Below are positions 43,752 through 54,611 of a stretch of DNA of 64,000 bases, one piece after another. The first letter of the stretch is position 1. Each line of letters begins with the position of its first letter. Origin of the DNA: Acidimicrobiaceae bacterium (GTDB lineage: Bacteria > Actinomycetota > Acidimicrobiia > Acidimicrobiales > RAAP-2). Position numbers and translations under genes: made by a program. Below the pieces are notes generated by a model. It worked only from the letters and a program-made list of their open reading frames with translations, was not told where the DNA came from and did no database searches. Location of the stretch: the NCBI GenBank assembly GCA_003152015.1, contig PLZF01000098.1:1451-65450 (forward strand), written 5' to 3'.

Positions 43752-44689
43752 GCCAGGCATGTCAAAGGGCGGCCACCGTTGAAGGTGATCATGTCGCCGA
43801 TGGCGGCGACGAGGTCGACGGGCGTCCCCGGCTCCGCCCCGTTGAGTTCGGCGTAGGCCCGGTGCAAGTTGCCGACGATCCTTTCCGGGTCGAGGAGCTC
43901 GGCAAAAGGACCGAGATCGGCGGCCCGGGCGGCGGCAAGAGGGGACAGGCCGGCGGCAAGGCCTTCCTCTGCCGTGGTGAGGACGAACTGCAGGTAGGCG
44001 AGGACTTCGTCGATCATGGCAGGGCCACCGATCGGTCCGTGGCCTGGCACGATGGTGCGCGCTTCCAGGGGCTTCAGCACGGTTTGGAGAACCTCGATGG
44101 CTCCGGTGACCGACCCCATCAGCACGAACGGGGTGCAACCGCTGAACAGCAGGTCCCCTGAGAACAGAACTGAGCGGTCAGGGATCCAGACGATCGAGTC
44201 GTTGTTGGTGTGGGCCGGCGGACCTACGTGGCGGAGTTCGCAGCGCAAGTCGTCGACCCACACAACCACCTCGTCGCGATAGGTGAGGAACGGGGGAGCC
44301 AGTTCCAAGGCACCCCACTCCACGTCGGTCCAGACACCCAGGTTGGAAGGAAGACCGGCAGCCATCATCTCTCGGCGACACCACTCGTGGGCCACGATTG
44401 TCGCTCCGTCGAACAGGTAATTGCCGTGGGTATGGTCTCCGTGATGGTGGGTATTGAGCAACGTCCGGACCGGCTGATCGCTGGTTCGGACGATGGCGTC
44501 CAAGTAGGCCCGAGTGCGCCGCTCAGTCGAGCAGGAGTCCACGCTGACGACCCCGTGGCTGCCGACGATGAATCCGGTGTTGTTGATGTACCAACTCCCG
44601 TCGGGCTGGATGTAGGCGTAGACCCCCTCGCTCACCTCCTCGACTCTCGGAGGGTCGAGGGACGGGGTATCCGCGCTGGACGTACTCAT
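43748..44689 (-). CDS. MBL-fold metallo-hydrolase
   Basis: NTHHHGDHTHGN (HxHxDH) motif. 313 aa. Confidence 0.85.
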   Translation of the reverse strand: MSTSSADTPSLDPPRVEEVSEGVYAYIQPDGSWYINNTGFIVGSHGVVSVDSCSTERRTRAYLDAIVRTSDQPVRTLLNTHHHGDHTHGNYLFDGATIVAHEWCRREMMAAGLPSNLGVWTDVEWGALELAPPFLTYRDEVVVWVDDLRCELRHVGPPAHTNNDSIVWIPDRSVLFSGDLLFSGCTPFVLMGSVTGAIEVLQTVLKPLEARTIVPGHGPIGGPAMIDEVLAYLQFVLTTAEEGLAAGLSPLAAARAADLGPFAELLDPERIVGNLHRAYAELNGAEPGTPVDLVAAIGDMITFNGGRPLTCLA

Positions 44690-44770
44690 GACACTTCACA
44701 ACGTAGTGGTGGAGGGCATCGACGCCCAAACAGTAAAGTCATTATTCCAGCGGAACGAAGGTTACCAACC

Positions 44771-45430
44771 ATGCAGATCGCCATTGGATTGTTTCCGGGC
44801 TTCACCGCCCTCGACGCCATCGGTCCCTATCAGGTATTCACCCAGCTGCCCGACGCCCAGGTCGTCCTCTGTGCGGCGAAAGCAGGCGAGGTCGCCGATG
44901 ACAACGGCTTGCTGCGTTTGGACATTTCCCATACGTTCGATGAGGTCGACTCGCCCGACATCATCGTGGTGCCCGGCGGCTTCATCACCCGCAAGCTCGC
45001 TCGGGACGGAGACCCAATCGTCGACTGGGTAGCCGCGGTGCATCCACACACCACCTTCACCACATCGGTGTGCACCGGCGCGTTGCTGCTGGGCGCCGCC
45101 GGCCTCCTCGACGGTCTCGATGCCACCACCCACTGGTTCGCGTTTGACGAGTTGGCCAAGTATGGAGCCACGCCAACCGAACAGCGGGTCGTGCACCGGG
45201 GAAGGGTGTGGACGGCGGCGGGCGTCTCTGCCGGGATCGACCTGGCACTGACCCTGGTGGCCGAAACCCACGGAGCCGACATCGCCCCGGCCATTCAACT
45301 CGGAATCGAATACGACCCTCAGCCGCCCTTCGACGCCGGTGCTCCTTCAAAGGCGCCACCCGACATTTTGGAGTTTGTCCGTTCCGTTTCCGCGGCCAAA
45401 GAATCAGAGGCACTCGGATCGTCAGTGTGA
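44771..45430 (+). CDS. DJ-1/PfpI family protein
   Basis: Frame 44210..45430 trimmed to the ATG at 44771 (MQIAIGLFPGFTALDAIGPYQVF). Nucleophile-elbow context SVCTGALLL. Confidence 0.85.
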   Translation: MQIAIGLFPGFTALDAIGPYQVFTQLPDAQVVLCAAKAGEVADDNGLLRLDISHTFDEVDSPDIIVVPGGFITRKLARDGDPIVDWVAAVHPHTTFTTSVCTGALLLGAAGLLDGLDATTHWFAFDELAKYGATPTEQRVVHRGRVWTAAGVSAGIDLALTLVAETHGADIAPAIQLGIEYDPQPPFDAGAPSKAPPDILEFVRSVSAAKESEALGSSV

Positions 45431-45512
45431 ACTGGTGATTTGCCTGGTGAGTTGGATCCGCCCGCCACAGTGAACGATCCAGGTGGACGTGGGCTGATGG
45501 AGTTACCGGCCC

Positions 45513-47357
<1,845 letters not shown>

Positions 47358-47359
47358 TC

Positions 47360-47391
47360 AAAAAACCCCCTGGCCTTTTCGGCTCAGGAGG
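47360..47391 (-). terminator. intrinsic terminator / candidate leuA attenuator
   Basis: The minus-strand RNA is CCUCCUGAGCC-GAAAA-GGCCAGGGGG followed by UUUUUU. That is about a 10-bp stem with one bulge. It lies 87 nt upstream of the leuA ATG and about 150 nt downstream of the GS-like stop. Confidence 0.6.
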
Positions 47392-47421
47392 TTGCGGGCG
47401 AACGCGATGGGGCGCTCGCCG

Positions 47422-47472
47422 TTACGTAAGAAGGAGGTCCGAGGTCAGTGAGCGATACATGATGTTGTCCAT
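47422..47472 (-). CDS. candidate leuA leader peptide (16 aa, MDNIMYRSLTSDLLLT)
   Basis: Mini-ORF ending in three consecutive Leu codons (CTC CTT CTT). Its stop lies 30 nt before the terminator hairpin. No convincing SD sequence. Confidence 0.35.
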   Translation of the reverse strand: MDNIMYRSLTSDLLLT

Positions 47473-47543
47473 GCTGCCAGGACAGATCGGTTTCGTCAAG
47501 GTATCTTTTGGTGTCGGCCCGTCGACCTGGAGCTCGTGTTCCC

Positions 47544-48911
47544 TCAGATGCGTTCGAAGTTCCGGGCCAACTCCCAGTCGGTGACCACCCTGTTGGCCTT
47601 CGCCCACTCTTGACGTGCGGTATTGAGAAGGTGGTGGTGAACCGCGGGGCCAAAGGCTTCATCGGCCACCTCGCTGGTGGCCAAGCCATCGATGGCTTCG
47701 GCCAGGGTCGAAGGAAGCCGGGGTACCTCGGCTGAATTGTAGGCGTTGCCTTCGAATGCCGGCTCCAGCTCGAGCTCATGTTCGATGCCCCACAATCCCC
47801 CAGCGATAGACGCAGCCAACGCGATGTATGGATTGACGTCGGCACCCGGCACCCGGCACTCGATCCTCCTCCCACTCCCGGCGCCGACCGCCCGGAACCC
47901 GCAGGTGCGATTGTCCTCTCCCCATACGGTGGCGGTTGGTGCCCACGATCCGGGGACGTACCGTCGGTAGGAGTTGACGTAAGGCGCGAAGCACCACGCC
48001 AACTGACCGGCACTGTGTAGCTGCCCAGCGAGGAACTGTTGTCCGATCACGGAAAATCCCGATAGGGATGCGTCGCCGCCTGTTGGTGCCATCAGCGGGG
48101 CTCCTGAAGACGCGTCCCACAGGCTGGTGTGGATGTGGCACGACGAACCGGCCTGTTCCATGGACCACTTGGCCATGAAGGTTGCAGCTCTGCCGTGCTG
48201 GGAGGCGATCTCCTTGACGCCATTCTTGAACACGAGATGGCGATCGGCGACTTCGAGGGCGCCGCCGTAGGTGATATTGATCTCGTGTTGACCGGTGCCG
48301 GCCTCCCCCTTAGAGGACTCGACGGGGATGCCGGCACCGACCATCTGGTTGCGGATTTCGCCGATGATGTACTCGACGCGGGACGTCTGCAGAAGTTGAT
48401 AGTCCTCGATGGTGTCGGCGTGAGGTGTGACCCCCTGCCAGTGCTTAGCGGCTGCCTCGGCGAACGTGTCGAGGAAAAGGTAGAACTCGAGTTCGGTGGC
48501 GCACTTGATTTCGAGCCCGTGTTCCGCCGCTCGCTCGAGTTGTCGTTGCAGGATGCGACGCGGGGACACGTCAACCGGCTCACCCTCCATGGTGAATAGA
48601 TCACAGAGCACCAGAGCGTTCCCCGAAAGCCAGGGGATCGGCCGGACGGTCTGCGGGTCGATCACCGCGTGGAGGTCGCCATATCCGCTGTCCCAGTTGG
48701 TGAACTGGTAACCGGGGAGGGGTTCCATGTCGACGTCGACGGCCAACAGGTAGTCACAGACCTCGATCCCATGGTCGATGACGTGATCGAGGAAGAACGA
48801 ACCCGTGACTCGCTTCCCGACCGGACGACCCTGCAGATCGGGGAAGGCCACCAGCACCGTGTGGATGTCGCCCGATTGAATCTGGTGGGGAAGGGTTTCG
48901 AGGGTGAGCAT
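47544..48911 (-). CDS. glutamine synthetase family protein (GlnA3/PuuA-like gamma-glutamyl-polyamine synthetase type)
   Basis: 455 aa. GS catalytic-domain motifs (KGEAGTGQHEIN, NSYRRYVPGSWAP, NRTCGFR). N-terminal beta-grasp region. Confidence 0.85.
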   Translation of the reverse strand: MLTLETLPHQIQSGDIHTVLVAFPDLQGRPVGKRVTGSFFLDHVIDHGIEVCDYLLAVDVDMEPLPGYQFTNWDSGYGDLHAVIDPQTVRPIPWLSGNALVLCDLFTMEGEPVDVSPRRILQRQLERAAEHGLEIKCATELEFYLFLDTFAEAAAKHWQGVTPHADTIEDYQLLQTSRVEYIIGEIRNQMVGAGIPVESSKGEAGTGQHEINITYGGALEVADRHLVFKNGVKEIASQHGRAATFMAKWSMEQAGSSCHIHTSLWDASSGAPLMAPTGGDASLSGFSVIGQQFLAGQLHSAGQLAWCFAPYVNSYRRYVPGSWAPTATVWGEDNRTCGFRAVGAGSGRRIECRVPGADVNPYIALAASIAGGLWGIEHELELEPAFEGNAYNSAEVPRLPSTLAEAIDGLATSEVADEAFGPAVHHHLLNTARQEWAKANRVVTDWELARNFERI

Positions 48912-49053
48912 CCCAGAACTCTGACCCAGGCTGAACCGCTCGTCCAGCGTCTGTCCGGTGAGGCGCCCCTGGTGACCTCGGACGCTGACCCGGTGCCATC
49001 TCGAAACGGCAGCCTCGCATCATGATGCATGATGATGATGATAAGATGCTTCA

Positions 49054-49317
49054 ATGAGGACGACTGTGAACATTGACGAGCACCTCCTCGCCGAAGCCAA
49101 GGCGATGGCGGCCCGTGGGCGCCGTTCTCTCGGTGACATCATCGACGATGCATTGAGAAGTCTCTTCGTCGAACGAGCCGAGGACGCCCCTCTGACCCAG
49201 AGAGTGGTGTTGCCGGTCGGCGGCGGATCCGGCCTCCAGCCCGGCATCGATCTCGAGGACAAGGAGTCGTTGGCCGAGGCACTCGGCGACAATGTCCCGT
49301 TCCATGCTGCTGGCTGA
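49054..49317 (+). CDS. vapB: type II antitoxin, VapB family (RHH)
   Basis: MRTTVNIDEHLLAEAKAMAARGRRSLGDIIDDALRSL is a ribbon-helix-helix N-terminus. It overlaps the PIN toxin gene. Confidence 0.8.
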   Translation: MRTTVNIDEHLLAEAKAMAARGRRSLGDIIDDALRSLFVERAEDAPLTQRVVLPVGGGSGLQPGIDLEDKESLAEALGDNVPFHAAG

Positions 49318-49735
49318 CGTCAATATCTTTGTCTACGTCCAACGTCGCGAGAGTGAGCGGCACGATGCGTATCGCCAGTGGCTCGAGGAACGCCTGGGTG
49401 GTCCCGAACCGTTTGGGGTGAGCGAGCTCGTGCTCAGCTCCTTTGTTCGCATAGTTACCAATCACCGTATCTACAAGGTTCCCACCCCACCCAACCAGGC
49501 GATTGAGTTCTGTGATGCGGTGCTGGCGGCGCCGGCCGCCCTGCCTGTCCGTTCGGGACCGCGACATTGGGCACTCTTCGCCGAACTCTGTCGAGCTGCC
49601 GGGGCCCGGGGCAACTTGGTGCCGGATGCATACCTGGCGGCGTTGGCGATCGAGCATGGTGCCACGCTCGTTACCTCTGACAGGGGATTTCTGAGGTATC
49701 CGGGGCTTCGGGTTATCGATCCGCTGGCCGGATGA
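49304..49735 (+). CDS. vapC: type II toxin, VapC family PIN-domain ribonuclease
   Basis: MLLADVNIFVYV...GNLVPDAYLAALAIEHGATLVTSDRGFLRYPGLRVIDP carries the PIN acidic residues. The start at 49304 overlaps the vapB end. Confidence 0.85.
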   Translation: MLLADVNIFVYVQRRESERHDAYRQWLEERLGGPEPFGVSELVLSSFVRIVTNHRIYKVPTPPNQAIEFCDAVLAAPAALPVRSGPRHWALFAELCRAAGARGNLVPDAYLAALAIEHGATLVTSDRGFLRYPGLRVIDPLAG

Positions 49736-49753
49736 CGGTCTACAGGTCCAGTG

Positions 49754-50530
49754 CTACTCCGGCGTCACGTAGGCGGCGGTGATGCCACCATCGACCACAA
49801 GTGCCGATCCGGTGATGAACGAGGCGTCATCGGAGGCCAGAAAGAGAGCGGCCTTGGCGATCTCCTCGGGTCGACCGAAACGACCTATCGGGATGTGGAC
49901 CAGACGACGTTGCCGTCGCTCGGGATCGGTTAGAAGCTCAGCCAGGAGCGGGGTTTCGATCGGGCCCGGACAGAGCGAGTTGGCCCTGATTCCCTTGCGG
50001 GCGTATTCCACCGCCAACTCCCGGGTCATGGCCAGCACGCCACCCTTCGACGCGGTGTAGGCGATCTGGGCGGTGGCCGCGCCCATGAGGGCGACAAAGG
50101 AGGCGACATTCACGATGGAGCCACCTCCGGAGTCGAGCATGGCGGGCACCGCGGCCCGGCAACCGAGCCACACCCCCTTCAAGTTGACCTCCATCACTCT
50201 CTGCCATGTTTCGGCAGGGGTGTCGAGGACGCCACCGTCGTCATCGGGGAAGATCCCGGCGTTATTGAACAACACGTGGAGGCCGCCGTAGGTATCGACG
50301 GCCTTCTGCACCATGGCATCCACCTGTGCCTCATCGGACACGTCGACAGTGACCGCGGTGGCGGCACCACCGGCGGCGACGATTTCCGTCGTCACTGACT
50401 CGGCGCTGTCCGGCACCACGTCGGCCACCACCACCTTGGCTCCCTCGGCGGCAAAGAGAATCGCCGCTACCCGGCCAATGCCGCTCCCGGCTCCGGTGAT
50501 CACTGCTACTTTGCCGTCGAGCCGACCCAT
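49754..50530 (-). CDS. SDR family oxidoreductase
   Basis: VAVITGAGSGIGR, NNAG and YTASK motifs. 258 aa. Confidence 0.85.
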   Translation of the reverse strand: MGRLDGKVAVITGAGSGIGRVAAILFAAEGAKVVVADVVPDSAESVTTEIVAAGGAATAVTVDVSDEAQVDAMVQKAVDTYGGLHVLFNNAGIFPDDDGGVLDTPAETWQRVMEVNLKGVWLGCRAAVPAMLDSGGGSIVNVASFVALMGAATAQIAYTASKGGVLAMTRELAVEYARKGIRANSLCPGPIETPLLAELLTDPERRQRRLVHIPIGRFGRPEEIAKAALFLASDDASFITGSALVVDGGITAAYVTPE

Positions 50531-50607
50531 CGATTTCTCCGTCGCCTTCAGGGAATGTGTTCGGCCCGCACCCTACTGGGACATCGCCGGGAGTGGGATA
50601 CTGGTCC

Positions 50608-51348
50608 ATGCCGTCTACGGGGCCGGTCCCTCTCATCGGAGTCACCATGTACCGCCAGGTCGCCTCGTGGGGGGCCTGGGAGCGCGATGCGGCTCTGGTC
50701 CCCGGTGCCTATATCGACCTGGTGGTGGCGGCCGGCGGACAGCCCGTCCTCATTCCCCCGTTCGATGCGGGCAGCCAGGGGTTCACGGCTGGCATCGAGG
50801 CCTTCGCCGGGGCGATAGACGGCCTGATGCTCGTCGGTGGAGGAGATGTCAATGCCGAACGGTATGGGCAACCACTTGATCCGCGCGCCGGTGGCCTCAA
50901 TGACGATCGCGATGAAGTGGAGTTCGGGATTCTCTCGGCCGCCCTCAGTGGAGACCTGCCGGTCCTGGCCATCTGCCGTGGGCATCAGCTACTCAACGTC
51001 TTCCTCGGCGGCGACCTGATTCAGCACTTGCCCGATGCGATCGGTTCCAGCGCGCACCAGCCACGCCCCGGGGCGTTCGGGCCGATGTTGGTCACCACCG
51101 AGCCCGGCTCAATCGTGCGCCGAGTGCTCGGCGAACGGACCGACGTTCTCTGTTCCCACCACCAGGCCATCAGGTCGCTTGGAGCTGACTTGTCGGTCAC
51201 TGCACGGAGTCACGACGGCGTCATCGAAGCGATCGAACTCCCCGGACATAGATTCGTGGTCGGCGTGCAGTGGCACCCCGAAGAGTCCAGCGACGGCCGG
51301 CTTATTGAGGAATTGATCGAATCCACACGGACCGGGGAGCCGGCATGA
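50608..51348 (+). CDS. gamma-glutamyl-gamma-aminobutyrate hydrolase family (class I GATase / peptidase C26, PuuD-like)
   Basis: Frame trimmed to the ATG at 50608. LAICRGHQLLNV nucleophile Cys motif and the VQWHPE His/Glu motif. Confidence 0.8.
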   Translation: MPSTGPVPLIGVTMYRQVASWGAWERDAALVPGAYIDLVVAAGGQPVLIPPFDAGSQGFTAGIEAFAGAIDGLMLVGGGDVNAERYGQPLDPRAGGLNDDRDEVEFGILSAALSGDLPVLAICRGHQLLNVFLGGDLIQHLPDAIGSSAHQPRPGAFGPMLVTTEPGSIVRRVLGERTDVLCSHHQAIRSLGADLSVTARSHDGVIEAIELPGHRFVVGVQWHPEESSDGRLIEELIESTRTGEPA

Positions 51349-52733
51349 GTGACGTATGTTCCGTGGTCAACCCGGCCACTGAGGCAATGATTGCCACGAT
51401 TCCGATGGTCAGCATCGAAGAGACAGACGCTGCCGTAGCCCGAGCCAAAGACGCCGGTCCCGCCTGGCGGGCGGTGACCCCGACCGACCGTGCCCGTCTG
51501 ATGCGCCGATTTGCCGGCCACGTCGAGGATCACGCCGAGGAGCTGGCACAACTCGAGACGGCCAACGTGGGAAAGCCGATCGCCGATAGCCGGGATGAAG
51601 TGGGCATGGTCGCCGAAGTACTCCACTTCTACGCCGGTGCGGTGGACAAGCACCGGGGTGCGACAGTTCCCGTGGCGGGTGGCCTGGATCTGACCTTTCA
51701 CGAGCCTTTGGGAGTAGTTGGTGCCATCGTCCCCTGGAACTTTCCCATCGCCATCACGTCCTGGAAGGTCGGTCCCGCCCTTGCTACCGGCAACACCATC
51801 GTGGTGAAGCCGGCCGAACTGACCCCGTTGTCTGCCCTGCGGCTGGCTGAATTGGCCCTGGATGCCGGCGTCCCAGAAGGAGTGTTCCAGGTGGTGGTGG
51901 GTACCGGTCCCACCGTTGGGGCGCGCCTGTCCGAACATCCCGATGTGGCCAAAGTGGCGTTCACCGGATCCACTGCCGTCGGTCGGGAGGTCATGCGTCG
52001 AGCGGCAGGGACCATCAAGCGGGTGACTCTCGAGTTGGGGGGTAAGTCCGCCAACATCGTGTTTGCCGACGCCGACCTCGAACGGGCCGCCGCCGCGGCT
52101 CCGGGGAGCGTCTTCGGCAATGCCGGCCAGGACTGTTGTGCCCGGAGTCGCATACTGGTGGAGCGGTCGGTGTTCGACCGATTCGTCGCTCTCTTCGTCG
52201 ACGCAGTGGGTGCATGGCGGGTCGGCGACCCCACTCACCCCGATACCCAGATGGGGCCGCTGGTTTCGGCACGGCACCGCCAGGTGGTGGCTGGGTTCCT
52301 GGCGTCCGGCATGGGAGACCCTGGCGGAGGGGCGGTCGAAGCCTTGGCGAGGGGAAGTGTTCCCGATGGTCCCGGATTCTGGTTTCCACCCACGGTGGTT
52401 GCACCGGCGGAACCGGATTGGCGCCTGGCTCGTGAAGAGATCTTCGGACCGGTAGTAGCGGTGATCCCTTTTGAAGACGAGGCCGATGCGGTTCGGCTGG
52501 CCAACGACACTCCCTATGGATTGGCCGGCTCCATCTGGACCGGTGACGGGGCCAAGGCCCTGCGGATGGCCCGCGCCGTCGACGCCGGGAACCTCTCGGT
52601 GAACTCCAACGGTTCGGTTCGAGTGCAGACAAGCTTTGGCGGCATGAAGCAGTCGGGATTTGGCCGGGAGTTGGGTCTGGAGGCTTTGGATGCCTACAGT
52701 GACGTCAAGAATGTCTTCCTTGCCACCTCTTGA
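51345..52733 (+). CDS. aldehyde dehydrogenase family protein
   Basis: VTLELGGKSANIVF and GQDCCARSRILV (catalytic Cys), plus EEIFGPV. 4-nt overlap with the PuuD-like gene. Confidence 0.9.
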   Translation: MSDVCSVVNPATEAMIATIPMVSIEETDAAVARAKDAGPAWRAVTPTDRARLMRRFAGHVEDHAEELAQLETANVGKPIADSRDEVGMVAEVLHFYAGAVDKHRGATVPVAGGLDLTFHEPLGVVGAIVPWNFPIAITSWKVGPALATGNTIVVKPAELTPLSALRLAELALDAGVPEGVFQVVVGTGPTVGARLSEHPDVAKVAFTGSTAVGREVMRRAAGTIKRVTLELGGKSANIVFADADLERAAAAAPGSVFGNAGQDCCARSRILVERSVFDRFVALFVDAVGAWRVGDPTHPDTQMGPLVSARHRQVVAGFLASGMGDPGGGAVEALARGSVPDGPGFWFPPTVVAPAEPDWRLAREEIFGPVVAVIPFEDEADAVRLANDTPYGLAGSIWTGDGAKALRMARAVDAGNLSVNSNGSVRVQTSFGGMKQSGFGRELGLEALDAYSDVKNVFLATS

Positions 52734-52760
52734 TCTGTCTGATCGACAGGGCTGGCGCAA

Positions 52761-53234
52761 TCAGGGCTGGGAAGAGCCGGGTATTCCACCCTCCCCGCCT
52801 TCGACCAGGTCCTTGAAGCGGACCATTTCGTGGGCGGTGTCGTTCTCCAGCCACTTACGCAGGAGTGGGTCGAGGAACCACCGCCACGGACGTTTGAACG
52901 CGAACACTTCGCGATGCACCACGACCGTTCCGTCTCCGGTCTCCTCGCACTCGAACGACCCTTCAAAATCCAAGAACCAGCGAGCGGGTCCAGCGATCGC
53001 CGATCTGAACCGCAGTGACGTCGGGGTCAGCGTGAACGGGTAGGTACCGCTCGGTCCCGGCAACCCTCCGATGCGCCCAGAGAACACCGCGGTCCCACCA
53101 GAGCCGCCGCGATTCACCGGGCCAACCCGACCGATCTTGTGATCCGCCTGCCGATACCTATCCAAATCGAGGACGAACTCGAAGACTTCCCGGGGCGACA
53201 CTGCGACTTTGGCACTGGCCTCGCCGACGATCAT
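52761..53234 (-). CDS. SRPBCC family protein
   Basis: Frame trimmed to the ATG at 53234 (MIVGEASAKVAVSPREVFEFVLDLDRYRQAD...). 157 aa. Confidence 0.6.
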   Translation of the reverse strand: MIVGEASAKVAVSPREVFEFVLDLDRYRQADHKIGRVGPVNRGGSGGTAVFSGRIGGLPGPSGTYPFTLTPTSLRFRSAIAGPARWFLDFEGSFECEETGDGTVVVHREVFAFKRPWRWFLDPLLRKWLENDTAHEMVRFKDLVEGGEGGIPGSSQP

Positions 53235-53316
53235 TGCTCCACGGTAGTCAGGCGGACCGGGTTCCGCATGGGCGGAATCCGGTTGGGACCTCCGTGCAGT
53301 CAGGTGGATGGCCCGG

Positions 53317-53697
53317 TCAGGCCCCGGGGTATGCGCCGAACACCCAGGCGTGGCCCCACGGGTCCTTGACGGCGAAGGTGCGGTTGCCGTACTCCTCATC
53401 GGCCGCCGCTTCGATGATCTCGGCTCCGGCCACTGTCGACTTGACGAAGAGGGCGTCAGGATCCTGGGTGACCACGTACAACCAGGTCGTGCCGGCGCCT
53501 ATCTGATCCCGGTACCCGTCGGGGTTGTCCGTAGAGCCGATCATGATGCCCCCGCTACCCTCGGGCCAGCGCAACTCGACATGTGCGTAGTGACCCTCGA
53601 TCTCGCCGAGGGTGAGTGTGGTCGCTTCGAAGCCGAAGGGGTCGACCAGGAAGTCGATGGCGGCCTGGACGTAGGGGTAGCGAGCACTCGGCCACAC
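53317..53697 (-). CDS. VOC (glyoxalase) family protein
   Basis: AIDFLVDPFGFEA...HVELRW...YGNRTFAVKDPWGHAWVFG. Confidence 0.75.
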   Translation of the reverse strand: MWPSARYPYVQAAIDFLVDPFGFEATTLTLGEIEGHYAHVELRWPEGSGGIMIGSTDNPDGYRDQIGAGTTWLYVVTQDPDALFVKSTVAGAEIIEAAADEEYGNRTFAVKDPWGHAWVFGAYPGA

Positions 53698-53794
53698 GCT
53701 CGGAGGTGCACCCCGGGGGCCACGGTGTCCATGGAGTCACACTGTGTCGGGGTCATCCGACCTGCTTGAAAGAGGCGTGATCCGGCAGATCGGC

Positions 53795-54265
53795 TTACTC
53801 GGTTTGCCCCGGCACTTCGGCAACCGCCTTGATCCTTTCGAGGGTGGTCCGCATGCCCTTGGCGTTGGTGCGTCCACGCGCTTTCCCGGCAAGTCGCCAA
53901 TACAGGCGGAGAATCGGCGTATCGGTCAGCTCAAACGATTCGGTGACGTCGGTACCGTCCCCGCTTGGTTCGAAGCGGTACCTCCACGAGTTGACGGTCC
54001 TCCCGCCCGGACCTCCGACGGCGAAGGCGAACTCGCGTCCCGGATCGGATGCGGTGACCTTGCACTGGGTCCAGTACACGGGCCCTCGCCCGTTGCGGCG
54101 GACGTGACCGCGAAACCGCGCCCCGACGGCCGAACCCGTGGCCCCATCGAGCCACTCAGCTTCGAAGGTCTCCGGGCTGAACTTCCCGGTGTTGGTGATA
54201 TCGCTCACCAACATCCAGACCCGTTCAGGGGATGCAGCCATATGGATAGTCACCGAATCACGCAT
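53795..54265 (-). CDS. SRPBCC family protein
   Basis: IHMAASPERVWMLVSDITNTGKFSPE...WRYRFEP..GGTDVTESF. Confidence 0.75.
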   Translation of the reverse strand: MRDSVTIHMAASPERVWMLVSDITNTGKFSPETFEAEWLDGATGSAVGARFRGHVRRNGRGPVYWTQCKVTASDPGREFAFAVGGPGGRTVNSWRYRFEPSGDGTDVTESFELTDTPILRLYWRLAGKARGRTNAKGMRTTLERIKAVAEVPGQTE

Positions 54266-54611
54266 GCCGGGAGACTAGGACCAAGTGTGACGCGTGCGCC
54301 AAGGGCATTGCGCTCAAGGTACCGACGCCTCGTTGAGTCCGGGGATGGGCCCACTGAACATGTGCAGGCGACAAGGATCGTCTTGACCGCGTCGACACCA
54401 CGGTGGTTTCGTAAAGCTCCGGGCGCTTCGTCGAGGGAAGTGACGTTGGTGGCAACGGTCTCGGGATGGCGCCGACCATCGACCATGAGTTGAGCACCCC
54501 GGACATAACCGAGCCCACCTGCCCATTTGAGGTGCCGAACCACAAATGGCTGCAGAATGAAATGGTAAAGCACGTCAGCGATTATCCAAGGGTCGACCTG
54601 GAGCCAAGCCA

